DNA of 64,000 nt from Chrysomallon squamiferum (lineage: Eukaryota > Animalia > Mollusca), in assembly GCA_012295275.1 (NCBI GenBank), contig CM022670.1:27280001-27344000 (forward strand). Reading direction: 5' to 3'. A program made the translations under genes and the position numbers. Of the stretch, positions 1 to 48,689 are shown piece by piece; positions within the stretch are counted from its first letter, which is position 1, and the number at the start of each line of letters is the position of its first letter. Under the pieces are notes generated by a model. The model did not search any database. It was not told where the DNA came from and saw nothing but the letters and a program-made list of their open reading frames with translations.

Positions 1-45
1 TGTCATCTAGAACTGCACTCAGCTCACACTTGATAATGAAAATAC

Positions 46-10204
<10,159 letters not shown>

Positions 10205-10299
10205 TAGGATACGTTTATCATACTTAGAATGCAAACATCTTTATGAAGAAACTGAGTGAAAGTTTAAAGCTGGTGAGAATGTCGGTTTGCTTTTATGTT

Positions 10300-10490
10300 G
10301 GAAATCTGAATCAAGAGATTTTTCAAAATCTTAATGGTGAAATCCTGATTGTCAAACTGATGGAAATCTGCAATATATGCTGTCCGCCTTTTGGAAATCT
10401 GCAATATGAAACACTAATTGTCCGCCTTTTGAAAATCTGCAATATGAAACACTAATTGTTTGCCTGTTGAAAGTCTGGATATTGAAACAA
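10300..10490. repeat. Degenerate 38-bp tandem repeat upstream of the gene A start codon
   Basis: GGAAATCTGCAATATGAAACACTAATTGTCCGCCTTTT at 10393, repeated at 10431, with partial copies at about 10361 and 10469. Confidence 0.75.
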
Positions 10491-11434
10491 ATGACTGTCA
10501 GAGTTTGTGTTGAGAGATATAACTAGCGACTGTCAGACTGACACGGTTCTGACAGATGAAGATCTTGTACTGCAGATGATGACGTCTCGCCGGTTCAGAT
10601 GTCAACCGCCGAATAAGCAACAAATCAGCAGCGTTGGTTTGTTGTTTGTCTCTCGTGCATTATTCAGTATTTTGTTAATTAAGCGTGCTCGTTGACTGGT
10701 GTATGAATCAATAACACGCTTAATTAAGCTTGCCATAATTACATTTTTTATTTATTCACTTACAGGTGCGAATGAAATAATTGCTGTCTTCGCGTCAACT
10801 GGTATGTAAATGTTTAAAGATTATAAGCCAGTAACTTCCGAAAGTCTTGTATATTCGCTAAACTTGATCCCTAGGGCGATGCAGATACATATATAATTCA
10901 ATTTAGTAATTAATTAAAAGAAAACTTTACACGCAGTGACATAAAACCTATGAAAGTTATTATCGAGTTAAGGTTCAAATGTTTCCTCTGAATTGTTAAT
11001 GAACCGACACGTTCCAGCCATAAAATGGGCAGCCAGGGCAACGTGAACATTTGGTGAACATTTCACTGTGAAAATGGAAGGGTGTTAAAGTGTTGAGTTA
11101 TCGTCAAAAACATACTCACTTATTCATTTCCATCATACATAGACATGCAAGGACCATTAAGTTAACTGTGTGGTGTTTTTGTGTTTTTTTTTTGTTGTTG
11201 TTTGATTTTTCTTGTGTAGCGAACCCTCCCCCCCCCAAAAAAAAAAAAAAAAAAAAAAGAAGAAGATAAAAATAATTAGGTGAGACTGCAGGTCTTTGGT
11301 TGACTGCTGAGACATAATATTAACAATTAAATGAAACAAAGAAATATTTCTTTCAATTATTAATGACTTGGTAACATATTTGAAATAATTATGTTTTTTC
11401 TTTTTCTTTTTTTTTTTTTTTATTATTATTTGTA

Positions 11435-11484
<50 letters not shown>

Positions 11485-11800
11485 TTTTATTTATTATTTT
11501 ATTTATTTATTTATTTACTTATTTATTTGACCTTTATTGTTGTCAATATTAGTAATCAGTTTCAAAATGCAGTCATTTCCGATCTAGTCTTGTCAGTGCC
11601 GTCATTTTGATTTTTAACTATTGTCGTGGCACTTACGAAATAGGAAGAAGAAAGATTTTAAATTTAAAAGAATAGAAATTAAGAAAGAAATAAATGATAA
11701 AATAAACTAGTATAAATTATTCTATTATTATCAAAACTAAATAATAAATGACAAAAAAACTATTTTCATTTTTAAATTTTTTTTTTACTTTTCGAATTAC

Positions 11801-11870
<70 letters not shown>

Positions 11871-12088
11871 AGTAGAAGTATTAGTAGTACGAGATAACAG
11901 TAGATGGGCCTGTATTTGTACTTCTAAGCAAAAAAAAAATTTTGATCGAAACTCTTGCTCTTGTATGATGGTCAGTGCAAAACATTAAACAGACTGAGTC
12001 CCTCAATGATGCACTAGAAACTTTGTTGGTTGTTATTAAAATAATTACTGTGAAGAAATCAGTAAAATACCGGTTTAAAAATAAACAA

Positions 12089-12191
<103 letters not shown>

Positions 12192-15010
12192 CAGTTCTGT
12201 ATACGTGTTGGAAGTACAAATAATACAATCGTTTTCTTTACTATTTCGATCACTGTGATAACGAAAAGAGTTAATAATCATGCCTAATTATGCATTATGG
12301 ACCAGTATACCTCGATTCAGCAATATAAATAAACTGTTGATGCAGTATATAATCATAATCCTTGCCCAAAAACAAACTGATAAGTGAAAAAAAATGGATA
12401 GCTATTCATTATTGTCAATTAATGTCCAGTCTGTCGATGCAAATAATTGTTTGTTTGTTTTTTTTCCGCGAGGTAACCTGTTATTTGAACAAACAGGTTC
12501 ACGGCTGTTGCACGGACAAGTGCTCTCGTAAATCAGCCATATTTGGTAATGACCCTTTTAGCTAGACACTGACCTGGTCACTTGTTTCACACACTGTCCA
12601 GGTCGCTTTTATCACTTGTTACCTGTTGTTCGAATCGCAGCAGGCAAACGTGGTTATAAAGGCGTGTAATTTTGATGGAAGTTGAAGTTACCCATTTTTA
12701 GCTCGAGGTGTAAGATATACATAGTCATAATTATGTCCTTGTGAGGTTTAAAAATTTGATCTATGATCTATGTATTATAGAATTGATCTGTAAAAAGAAA
12801 TAGAGGGAAAAACTGTTGTATTTTTGAATATATTTATGGTTAAGATTCCCAATTTTCATCATGATGGTCGTCGTTATGGATCCAAATCGTGATACGATTC
12901 TGAAATTAAAGAAACAGGTTTTTGTAGATGATTTTCAGTTATACCATAATGACGGTGGCCATATTAGCTCAGCAATAAATACATTTATGTGTTCTCTTAT
13001 TCTGTTTACATATAAATTCTACCATGCATAGATCAAAATTTATATATATATATATATATAAAAAAAAAAAAAAATGTCAGAATACGTATAATTAGATTTA
13101 GCTGATTTATGTGTGCTGAATGGTCAAACCAGAGGAAAGTTAAAACTTAATGGTTTGTATGAACGGGCCTTTAGTCGGCAGTAGTACATTAAATTTAATT
13201 ATACGTTAGAGTTAAAGGATGGTTGAAAGGGGGCTTTTCTCACCGTTCAGGGCAAAACAGATTGTTAAATTGGTAGTCCTGTATGTGCGGCCTGATATAA
13301 AAACGTTTTAACTGGCAATAGATTCAGATCACGTCTTAAAGACTCAGTGAAACCACTGCTTTGAATAAATATTAAATTACACTGTAGAATACAGTAATGT
13401 AAAAAAAAAAAAAAAAAAAAAAAAAATTACTGTCAATTTATACCATTTCCAATTCAAGCTGAAGCCATTTTTGTATTTTGCTGTTGTTGTTTTTGTTGCT
13501 CTTTTTTTCCTCTTTTTAAAATTTTCTTCTCTCGTTTTTTTTCGGTTTGTCGTTTATTTGTTCAATCTTTCATCTCTGTTGGATTCGCCATTCCCTTATT
13601 GATTCTTTATCTTATATTAAATTAAATTTGTTTTTGTTTTCATTATGATGAAACCTCTGACACTGCCTGATTTTACTGATATCACTGACAGTAATTTACA
13701 GCAGTAACTTTCTTTTCACTGTCTGCAGCAGGTATCGTTACTTAGAATTCCCGTTTATTACGAATATACGGCGCGTTCATGCATCTGTCCATTTTCGTCT
13801 TCAAATAAAGCAATCTATATGAATCCATTATTACAAAACTGTGTCATATTTCCGCGGTACAGGCATACTCAGACAGATTTTCTAATGTGATAAACAGTGT
13901 CTTTAAACAAATTATTCAGTTTATTTTTGTTTTTGAACATTTTTCACTAAATCTTGTAACATCGCCGAATTCACCAATTGTAAGTAGATACAACATCACC
14001 ATGACGCAGCAAATTTTTCACATCTGGTAAAATAACAAAGGAAAGACCTTGAAAAAAATAATTTACAATAATAAAATTATAATAAAATAGGTCAGTCTCT
14101 CATGTGATGTCAAGGCAAATACTTAATTTGTAAAGATTTGAATTCCTTAGTTTGATAAAAATAAAAAACTGGTTACTGATTTTTAAAATAATTGTAACAT
14201 GCATTACGAAATACCTGTTACGGAAATATAAATATATTCGAATACAGTGTGGCAAGCAACGATATTTATCTTTTGAAATATATAATAAAGGTCAATGTTA
14301 ATTTAATGAAGACGTTTTCGTCTGAATAAAGTACGTGCTAAGTATAGATAGGTAAGATAGGCTTGATTCTGTGTTTTAGACAGACATCTTTAATTTAAAA
14401 TGATCTCGTCAAAATAGGCAATTATAATAGAAACCAGAAACTTTTTCCATTATAGGCCAACGAGTTAATATCAGCAAACTGAAAGAAAATAATATAAATA
14501 AAAAAATAAAAAAAAAAAAAAAATTGTTTTTGTTTTTTGTTTTGTTCTCTAATGAAATTGAAATCGCCACGGAAAGGGCAGTGTAACGTGAAAGAAGCTA
14601 CAAATCCACATTAAAACTTCGCATTAAAAATGTTTGTTTTTTTTTTTTTTGTTTTTTTAAGAATTACTTATAATAAATATTGCTTATTCAGATTACCTGG
14701 CTACGACAAAAATCATCGTTCGTAATAGAAAAACTGAAAATTTTTTTAGTTTATAGAATATATATACATATAAAATTAATTTGATTTCTTGTATTATATC
14801 AATGTTCACGTTTTCGACATGTTGAAGTTAAATACCTCTGATTTTTTTATTTTTAAAAATAAATAATATTACTGTACTTAATATAATCTGGGTGAACTAC
14901 TACATTATTCAATAACAGACAGCAAATAATTGGTAGGAACTGTCAACAAAAATAACTTTGTATCTATTTTAGATCATATTTTAATACATTCATTTCTTTC
15001 TCTTTCTCTG

Positions 15011-15044
<34 letters not shown>

Positions 15045-15939
15045 AACATATCATTTCACTTTAAAACCGTCATCAAATCAATTTAAAATATAATTCCAAA
15101 ACATAAGGCACAAGTGAAGAAAAACATAATTTAGTTTTAAAAAAAGCATCTTCAATTTTAACACGTTCTTACTGGTGCAAGAAAACTCATTTCATGTCAA
15201 ATCTTGTTAAAATTTTATTAAAATAAATACTGTACTTCGATGGATAGTACTTTATAAAAGAAAAATCGCTTTGATTCAAGTAAGTTATGCAGAAATTTCT
15301 TATTAAAAGCTCAGTTTAATTCAAATATGTTTACAACATCAAGTTAACGAGCTAATCTTTTCCATTCAATTTAAATACATTATAAAAAGCTAAAATCATC
15401 GTCATTTACATTTCAGATTGCTCAGAGATATAAATCCTCGTAGTTCAAGTACACTTATGATATAAACCAGGAAATCTTATAGTCATCTATAACATAAAAC
15501 AGGACATCATGCAATATTATGCATCCCATTAAAATTCTTAACACCGGGCGGCAGGCACGCATATACTGAAGGAAAACAAACACGGTAATTCTCTTCTGAC
15601 GATTTTCTACCCTCTGAGTCACTGAAGCCAGCAGAACGACATTCAGTGGTTACTGGAGCAGAAAGATCCTTTGTCCCTGCCCGAACAATTCGTCCCACCT
15701 CGCGCCTGTATCACGTGTGTTTGACACGTGAAAACAAGCTGACCCGTGACTTGTTACTCCTTCTTCAATCCCTTGTTCGCCTCATAATAATCTAGCTTAT
15801 AGGGGTCATTATTAATGTCGCAATAATAATATACCACACAACCATTTGTTTCATCTGGGTCAAACTGAAATTAAAATGTTAATATAATAGGGAGTAAGTT
15901 CACAGTTATTATATACGTCATGTGCTTTTTGGTAAATGT

Positions 15940-15971
<32 letters not shown>

Positions 15972-16989
15972 TACGTGCTTTTTTATTTTTTTTTTTTTTT
16001 TTTAATTTTAAAACTTTTATTTCATATATTTTGTGTTTATAACAAAATTAAACAAAATGATGTTATATTCCACTGACATCCAGATGTTATCTAAGTTATC
16101 TGTTTTATTTTACATCATCCTGCGTCACTAAAATGAAAAATCCACCCTTCCTGGCTCTTAACGAATGTTATTACTTTAATTTTATGTCGCAATTATTTCT
16201 CAAAGTACACCTTCAGTAAATAAGTCATCAGATGGCCTTGTGACAGTTTCCATCAATAGACTTCTTTGTATAGGTTCTTGGTCACGAGAACCAGTGACTA
16301 GCATTTCATGTGACATTAATATGCATTTCAGTATACTGCTGAATATAAGTTAAGCACTTCATTTGAATCTTACATTTGCAATTATTTTTGGTGGAACCTT
16401 AATATTATGACAGGTTAAGTTTAAAGAAGTTTGTAAACCTTCAAAACTAAACTGTATAAACACAAACATTTAATTACGTCTGCTTTCATATTTCAACTGC
16501 CCTCGCTGTTGATACCTTACTGAAATCTGATGGCATTATGTATTATTATTATTATTATTTTTATTATTATTATTATTTTTATTATTATTATTATTACTGT
16601 TGTTGTTGTTGTTGTTGTTTGTTAAAATATATTAAAAAAAAGTCGTTTGGATTCTGTGAATGCTTTTAATTTGTATTATTACTAGATTGCTTAACTTATG
16701 TTCGTAAGTATACTTTCATAAGCACGAAGTTTAAACGACTTACCTAACATGAGTAATATATGTCCTTGAGTTATATTGAAAGACAAACATTTTTGAAGGG
16801 TGGATATATTTATAATATTTATAACGATATCCTAAAATCTTTGTATAAAAAAAATTAAAACAAATTAAAAAAAACAAAAAAAAAACATCAGTATGAGGTA
16901 TTTGCCTCATTAGCTTCAGTGTAGTTACGGCCATGGATACAGGAACATACGCATTTACATTTCCAGTATTATGTATAGGATGAATGTTT

Positions 16990-17060
<71 letters not shown>

Positions 17061-18453
17061 CACACACAAATACACTTACCTATCTACCTATATCTGAAGC
17101 AGACATTTACAATGAAAACCAGGTCACATGTTCAAGGTAATCGCACTGATATATAATTAATTATTCGTTCAAAGCACTTACACTTTTATATAACATTTAG
17201 AAAGAAAACCCGGTTATTATCACAAAAACATAATGGAATATTTTCGCGCGATTTACCAACACGCACTTTCAGCACAAGGTAGAGACATATGACTTTGCAG
17301 TTCTTCTGTTAGTTACATTTTCTTCTGTACAGATAGAGTGACTCAGAATAAGAAGACCTTAGTATCTTTTGCTGTGGCTATCTGCCTCTCTATGTATATA
17401 TACGTATGTATACATGTATGTGCGTGTTTATATATGTATGTATGTATGTATGTATGTTTTGTGTGTGTGTAAATTCTTAAAAACGTATTTACCTGTTGGT
17501 AAGTTTTACGTGTTTACTTACATTCATACATACGAAGATTTCCGTCTTACTAAAATTCGATCGATCTACCTACAAACCTCAAACACATCACAACCATTTA
17601 GAACCCAGAGGAGCATTTCTCGTCCCATCCAGCATCCACGACAGGCTTTGGCGCGCACTGTTCTCATTACGGAAATACGCAGATAAATTTAGCTTCCTGC
17701 TAATTAAAAGAAGATTGCAGCACGGCTGCCACGCGTTTTTTTTTTTCGCCACTTCTTTCTGCGTTCTTTAACTGTGTAACGCAGATTAACTCTGCAACTA
17801 CAGCGTCTTTGAATAAACCATTTTTACACTTATGGCTTATCTTTTTTTTTTTTTTTTTTTGATACGTAACTCAGTGATTATTTAATCTGTAGATGTTTTG
17901 TTAGTTTTGAAAGAAGGTGTGCGTAACCAATATGACCAGCCGCGAGGAAAGCGATTATGCGCTGTTGCTTTTTGTTGTGTAACTGACTGGTTCGAACGTA
18001 AACCTCGCTCATTCCTAAGAGCTGTGTTATGAAAGAAAACACGAGACAACATAAAGCCGGTATGAAAGTTATAATAACATTTATACTGTATGTCGCAGAG
18101 TAAAGCGGTGAATACATGACAGCAGAAAACCCACACCGAAAAGAAACGGCAAAATCTGCTGTGTATACGTTCAGCTGTAAATGAGAAAAGACAATATTAA
18201 ATCGTTGTGTGTTTGTGTGTGTGTGTGTAAAATTGATAATGAAATTTGTTTATTTACAAATGCGTACATCCATACAAACATATATATACATACATCTCAT
18301 TCTCTCTGTCTCTCTCTTTCTCTACTCCGACAGTTATTGTACGGTCACGTCAAACAACAACCCACTTGTCGTCCCCACAGGCCTGGTGGTCAAGGAATGA
18401 ACACGTAACACCCTACACACACGCCTATCACAGCTGATCTTTCTACAGAACAA

Positions 18454-18492
18454 AACCGGTTCGAGCGAGACAGGCAGTCACATTTTTATAAA
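18454..18492 (+). promoter_or_regulatory. Candidate gene B core promoter: Grainyhead-type palindrome AACCGGTT plus a TATA-like box
   Basis: AACCGGTT at 18454-18461 and TATAAAG at about 18487-18493, 260 bp upstream of the ATG in a CpG-containing region. Motif match only. Confidence 0.35.
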
Positions 18493-18750
18493 GCGTATCA
18501 TGAGTGACTGAATGTGTCTAACAGGACCGCTAAGTATACACGCGTCTCTTGGACAGTCACTTTCACTATTACAGCCAGCACAACACTTGGGTCTTGTTTT
18601 ATAAGTGTGGGACTTTTAACTTCTCTTCTCTTCGTCCAAGGTTGTTATAACTCGCGATTTTCCTCTGTCGCTCATTTGATCACTAGGTGTCGTTACGGTG
18701 CTCGAGCCCCTTCAAAAGAAGCTACTGGACACTCTCTTGTTGTCACCGTG

Positions 18751-41823
<23,073 letters not shown>

Positions 41824-41996
41824 AATTAAAAAAATATATATTAAAAAAAAAATTAAATTTATTAAAAAAATACAGATAGTACTGTTCTTTCTCTTTGTTC
41901 TGAATTAAATTAAAAATCGAAATTATATTTTATAAATTAAAGGGTTTTTTTATGTTTGTTGTAACAAAATTATTAGTAATTAATTAAATTAATTAA

Positions 41997-42053
<57 letters not shown>

Positions 42054-42788
42054 GTAAACATAATTTATTATCTATTGAAGTGTGATATATAATTATTAGT
42101 AAATCATATCTTTTTCTTAAAAATCTTTTATTATTTTTTACCTATTTTTTATTAAGTAATAAACACAGGTGAACACTGTTATCTGTTTCTCTCAAATTTC
42201 GAAATGTACCAAGTACTCTTCATAAACGCACATTTTCAGCTGCCATATTTAACCGGTTGTTTGTTAAGAATTTATTTTTCTATACATATCCAAATCTGTA
42301 GAAGTTTAGTATTACTTTAAATTTGTTTGTTTTGCTTTTTTTTTAGGTCATTTTTTTATTATTTATTTTATTTCATTTTATTTTATCCAACTTACTTTAC
42401 TGAATTATTATTATGATTATTATTATTATTACTATGTTATGGTCACTATTTTATTTTTTAGAATATGTAAATAGATAAACATATATGCACATGCTGAGGA
42501 AAATGTACCTTTTCTATTGTGTATTAAAAACTGTTATTTAAGAAAAAGAAAATATCGGTTTTATAAATACATTAATGATGTCATAGATATAATTGTTTCC
42601 AGTGGTAACTGTATTATTCTGATGTCTTCTTCATTGGTGACTGGCTTTTTCTTATTTGATGCTTCAGTTTATCAATATAACCCTTCTGTTTGTAAAATTA
42701 ATTAATTAAATTATATATTTAGTTATTATTATTATTATTATTATTATTAATAAAATTATTATTATTATAATTATTATTAATATTATTA

Positions 42789-42823
<35 letters not shown>

Positions 42824-44373
42824 TTTTCTTGTTGTTGTAGTTGTTGTTGCTACTTCATATAAAGATTTTTGTGTCTGCATTTGAATTTTTTTTTCATTAA
42901 TTTGAATTTTTTATATTTTCTGTTATTCTTATATTTTTGTTTTGTTTTGTTTTTGATTGTTTTTTTACTGTTTGTATTTGTGTATTATTATGGCTTCTTT
43001 CTACTGAAATTTTTATAATTTTATAATTTCTGTATTTAAAAAAGAATAATTATTTCCATCACGTTTTTTCTTTTAATCTTTTATTTTTTGTTCATCTTTA
43101 AATTTTTGTTTTTCTCTAAATTTCCATCTTTCTTATACACATTGTCAAACTTCCAGTAAAAGTGCATTAGCATTATAGATATTTTGTACTGCTTACTGCT
43201 ACAAATTATTTAATTTATCTTAGAGTTATGAATACAAAAAATAAAAATATTTAAATTTTACTGATTGCTAATGGACTGATGATTTTTCTTTATGATTTAT
43301 TTTGTTTCCTTTCAATTCCATTTATTATTTATTTATTTTATTTATTTATTTTTTGTTGTTTTTTTCCCTTGAAAAATTGTCAATTAAAATCATTTACAAA
43401 AATGTTTTTGTGACCAGTGTTAGGAATTTATAAATATGTCTTCACATAGATTTATTATTGCAAAGTTATATGCTTCTTTTGTATGTTAGTATCATATTTT
43501 GTATAAAATACTAACTCTACTGTTTATAAATATTGTGAAATCCATGACAACCTGTCTTGCAAGTGTCTATAAAACAGAAATCTGAATAAATTCTATATTA
43601 TTAATTCTTGTTGTTTTTAATTTAACTCTTTTATTTTTCCCATAAAATTTGCATCCTGCCAGATTTCATTTATAATAAAAATTGTCAAAATATTTATTAA
43701 AAAATAGAATGTAGTTAGGAGATTATTTATGAAAAAGCTGATAGCTTATTTATTTATATATTTATTTATTTGCCTGTTTGTTAACTTGTTTGCATGTTTG
43801 TTTATTTATAACCAACGTTATTAAAAAAAAAAATCTTTGATTTGATCTTGTACTGCAATACAATCTCTAATTTTAGTTTTACAAATAATATTCCGGTATA
43901 ATTTTCTCATTTAAACAAATATAACTTTCCTCTTAAATAAAGTTATATAGTCAAACAGGTTTGTATATTTGTACTCTTTCTCCATTAGTAAATATTTATT
44001 TATTTATCTTTTGTTTCAAATTATCACTACCCATTATTGGTAAATTTATTTATTCAGTTTTTAAAAATAATCATATATTTAATTAATTATATATTTATTA
44101 CTGAAATTTTTTTTTAAATTATTTTTTTAATTTATATATTATATTTTATTTAATTATTATTTTACTTAATTTATTTATGTCATTTATTTACATATTTACT
44201 TACTATTGTTAATTAATTTTTTATTTTTTTTATTTATCTGTCATTACGTCTTTTAAAAATCCAATTTCACCATTAATTCTATGGATAATAATCAATAAAA
44301 AGTGAAAATATAATTGATTAATTCCTTATTATTCCATTAACCAAAACAATAAAACAATTCATTATAATGGATT

Positions 44374-44404
<31 letters not shown>

Positions 44405-45944
44405 CAAAGAAAATTTTCTTTTATAAAAACAACAAAATAAAATGAGTGGAGCATAAAAGTACATTTCCGTTGCTTTTATCAGAATGGTTTGATGATGTTT
44501 TTAAGTATTATGTCCATTAATCTATGGGTAACACAATTCTCATTATGTGTGTGTGTGTGTGTGTGTCTGTGTGTGTGTGTGTGGGGGGTTCAGAGACTGG
44601 TGCACCTGCTAACCAACTTAGTACTAAGAAAATAGATATCCTTTCTCTTAATTTTATTACATCATTTCTGCTGTGCAGCTTCCATGTTTTTTGTTCATTA
44701 AACCTAAAGCATGAAATGTTTTAAATGTTTTTAGAGACCATCTTGAATCACATTAATAGAATTTGTATCTCAGTACTGAAATTTTCACAATATAAAAGGT
44801 GATCAAATTTTCTGTATTCTGAAATATTTCAGTGGTGAAATTTTTAAGATTAGAAACTAGATAAAATTTTTGGTATTTTAAAAGATTGTGTGTGAGTGGT
44901 GAATTTTTTATAATTTAAAAATTTATAAAGTTAATTCAGAAATTGTAATGAAACTAATAACAACAGACACTTATCATGTCTTTCTTCAATCTTTTTTTTA
45001 ATTAATATTTTTATTATTATTATCAATTTCTTTTCTTTTTTCTTTCTTTTAAAATAAATAAATAAATTCATATTAGTAAAAGATAAATCACATTGTTTTA
45101 GTATCATGAACTCAAAAATACATAAGACTGTAAAAACTTTCTGCATTATCAGTATATAATTAGTTTTACCTGCTTGTTTGTTTTATTTTTAATTAAAGGT
45201 GAAATACAATCCAAGACCATACCTGTATACATACAGACATATTCCAGTACACATGTAGACATTATCATTGTTATTATCATCATGATCACCATCATCATCA
45301 TCATTATCATCATTATTATCACCATCATCATCATCACTACTATAATCATGATCAATACTATAACTATTGCTGTATATGATTATTTTTAAAATATTTTTAA
45401 TTATCTTTTTGAAATCAGACAAACATTTTTATTTTTAAATTTATTCACATTCATCTTCTCTTTTTTCTTTTTTTTTTTGGTAAATTCTTTTTATTTAATT
45501 TTTGCTTAAAACATAAATCCAATATTTGTGTAAAAAAAAAAAAAAATAATAATAATAATAATTTTCTATTTTTTATTTTTATCTGAAATAACCATTAATA
45601 AACTATTACGTCATCCACATTTTATAACACAGGTGTGATTGTGTGTATATTGCATTATAAACACAACTTAATTACATACACTGTGGTGACACTCAGGTAA
45701 GATGGCTTTTTTACTGTATTTTTTCTTTACTAAATGAGTAAAATATATAAATATATATACATAATAAAAATCTATATTTTGTTGTAACATACATGATGTG
45801 TGCAAAATGATAAGTATATATATAAATATAATTATATGTACACTGATATATACTATACATATATATGAAAATTTATGCACAGGATTGCACACATGAACAT
45901 ACATGAACACACACATGTACACACACATACATATGAAAAGGACT

Positions 45945-46390
45945 ATGGTATGAAACAACTAATTCAAAACAACATAAAATGTTATGAAATAGACAATGGT
46001 ATTAAACAGCTAACTGTATGTAATAAAGGTATGAAACATTAACAGTGTATAATAGACAATTGTATGAAACAGATATTAGTTTGAAATAGACAATGATATG
46101 AAATTGCTTACTGTGTGTAATTGACAATGGTATGAAATAGTTAACTGTATGTAAAAGTCAATAGTATGAAACAACTAACTAAATTTAACTTACACTGGTA
46201 TGAAACACTTAACTGTGTAATAGACAGTGGTATTAAACAGTTAACTGTACATAATAAACAAATGTATGAACAGTTAATTCTGTGTAACAGACAGTGGTAT
46301 GAAACACTTAACTGAATTTAACACTGAGTAGTTTGAAGAAGGTAACTAAATTTAACTTTCAATGGTATGAAGCAGACGGTGGTATGAAAA
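45945..46390. repeat. Degenerate tandem repeat of about 33 bp
   Basis: Recurring GGTATGAAACA.TTAACTGT.T.TAATAGACAAT motif. Confidence 0.7.
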
Positions 46391-47094
46391 TGTGCTGCTG
46401 ATTATAGATTACTGTAACAGATACCTGACTGTCATTACTGAGGTTTACTAATATATTACAAATATTGATTGTAAACAGAATTACCTTTTATTAATATGAT
46501 GCAGCTATAAGCCAGGAAACACACACAAAAAAAAGAAAAACCACCAAAAAAAAAAAATCAGGTGGGCAAGAGAAAGCTTTGATTTATTTAAGTGGATATA
46601 CAGTTTCAGAAATGTGGCTGTCATAGTGACTGTATAAAATATTAGTGATTGTGCATCACAGTGACAGTCTGTCTTATTGACTAGGCATTGTTCTGATTAT
46701 TATCACCAAGTCACTTAGTATGTTCTAGTGACTAAGCACAGTACTAATTGTGACTGATTGTAACATAGTGATTATGAATTAAAAAAGACTGTGTTCTTGT
46801 GAATGCAAATCACACTGATCATATGTTCTAGTGACTGACAGACATAATGACTTTGCATCTTAATGATTTATGAATCCTGGTGATTGTGATTTGTTGTCGT
46901 TGTGAATCACAGTGACTATATAATAGTGATTCTGCATAATAGTGACATTACTGCATAGTGACTGTGAATCTTACTGACTTTGATGACACAATAGTGATTG
47001 TGTATCATAGTGAATTATAGTGATTGTGATTTTACACCTTATAATGTGCATCACTGTATAATAGTGAATTTACTGCATAGTGATTGTTAATCTA

Positions 47095-47605
47095 TGTGAC
47101 TATGCATCACAGTGACTGTGAAACATTGTGACTGTGCATCATGCTGACTGTGAAACATTGTGACTGTGCATCACACTGACTGTGAAACATTGTGACTGTT
47201 CATGGTACTGAATGTGAAACATTGTGACTGTGCATCATGCTCACTGTGAAACATTGTGACTGTGCATCACGCTGACTGTGAAACATCGTGACTGTTCATG
47301 GTACTGAATGTGAAACATTGTGACTGTGCATCATGCTGACTGTGAAACATTGTGACTGTGCATCACACTGACTGTGAAACATTGTGACTGTGCATCGCGC
47401 TGACTGTGAAACATTGTGACTGTGCATCGCACTGACTGTGAAACATTGTGACTGTGCATCACACCGACTGCGAAACATTGTGCTGTTTGTGGTACTGACT
47501 GTGAAACATTGTGACTGTGCATCATGCTGACTGTGAAACATTGTGACTGTGCATCACGCTGACTGTGAAACACTGTGACTGTGCATCATGCTGATGGTGA
47601 AACAA
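47095..47605. repeat. 32-bp minisatellite, about 15 copies
   Basis: Unit GACTGTGAAACATTGTGACTGTGCATCA(TG/CA/CG)CT starts at 47114, 47146, 47178, 47210 and so on. Confidence 0.92.
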
Positions 47606-48689
47606 AACTAGCTGGGTGTTGTTAATGACAGTGCCTGTGTCACGCAGTGAATACAGATGATGAAGTGTTGTGTGTGTTCTATCATTACAATCACACTCTG
47701 ATGAAGTAGACAGTTCGGTGATTAACTGGTGTTTGCTAACTACAGTGGTAGTATTCAGACTGAGTAATTACACTTGATATTTACATACATTTACAAAATG
47801 TTTGGATTTGCACTGAAGTCACAGAGCATGATAGATCATTGATTTGGTAAGCTAGAATGTTTTAATTTTTTTGTGTTTTGTTTTTATTTATCACTGATGA
47901 TATTTTATGAGATAGAAATGTGTGTGGAAATGATTTTCAATGTCAAGATTTTAGGTTTTATTATAGATATATAATAATACAGTATAACATGCTTACCAGT
48001 ATTTTATATATTGTATTTATATATTGTGTCATTTATGTATGTGTGTGTGTGTGTGTGTATGTCTTCTATATATATAGATATATATATGTAATGATATGTG
48101 TGCATGTTTATATGTATGTTTTTGTGTACATTCTGTGTGTGTTTGTGCATGTATTTATCAATATTTGTAACAGTTATATATGCATGTTTTTTGTGTACAT
48201 GTGTGTGTTTGTGTGTGTATCTATGTATGCATATATCAGTATGCATATGTGTATATATATTTGTTCATGTGTGTATGTTCATATAAAAATAAATGTGTTT
48301 GTGTACATGTGCATATATTTTTGTTTTATTTTTAATTCTATATTATTATAATCTGTCTTTCTCCTTTCATCCACCAATGATTAAAACACGTCTGATAGTT
48401 TGTCATCTTTTTTTTTTTAGTAATAAATATACAGTTTCACTCAGTGATTAGAAAAACCCATAGTCATTAGTTAGCAGGTGTCAGATTTAAACTACAGATA
48501 TTTATGACATGGGAAAAAAAGTCTCACGGCTGATAATCCAGTGGTTTATAGCAAGAAAAGGAGAATGTGTATGATAAGTTTATTTTTCAAATTTTGATTA
48601 TTATTATTATTATTTATATATTTTGGGGGTATTTTCTGTTGAATAAAGAGTTATTAAATATATGGCATAATGGTAAAATGTTATGCATC

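Noticed and set aside
18514-18750. N-terminal extension of ORF 18514-18954
   Set aside because: It starts at GTG and has no protein-like features. ATG 18751 gives a clean signal peptide ending just before His.
47640-47846. Possible non-coding first exon of gene C ending at TTG|GTAAGC
   Set aside because: Only a donor motif supports it; it cannot be linked to gene C without RNA data.
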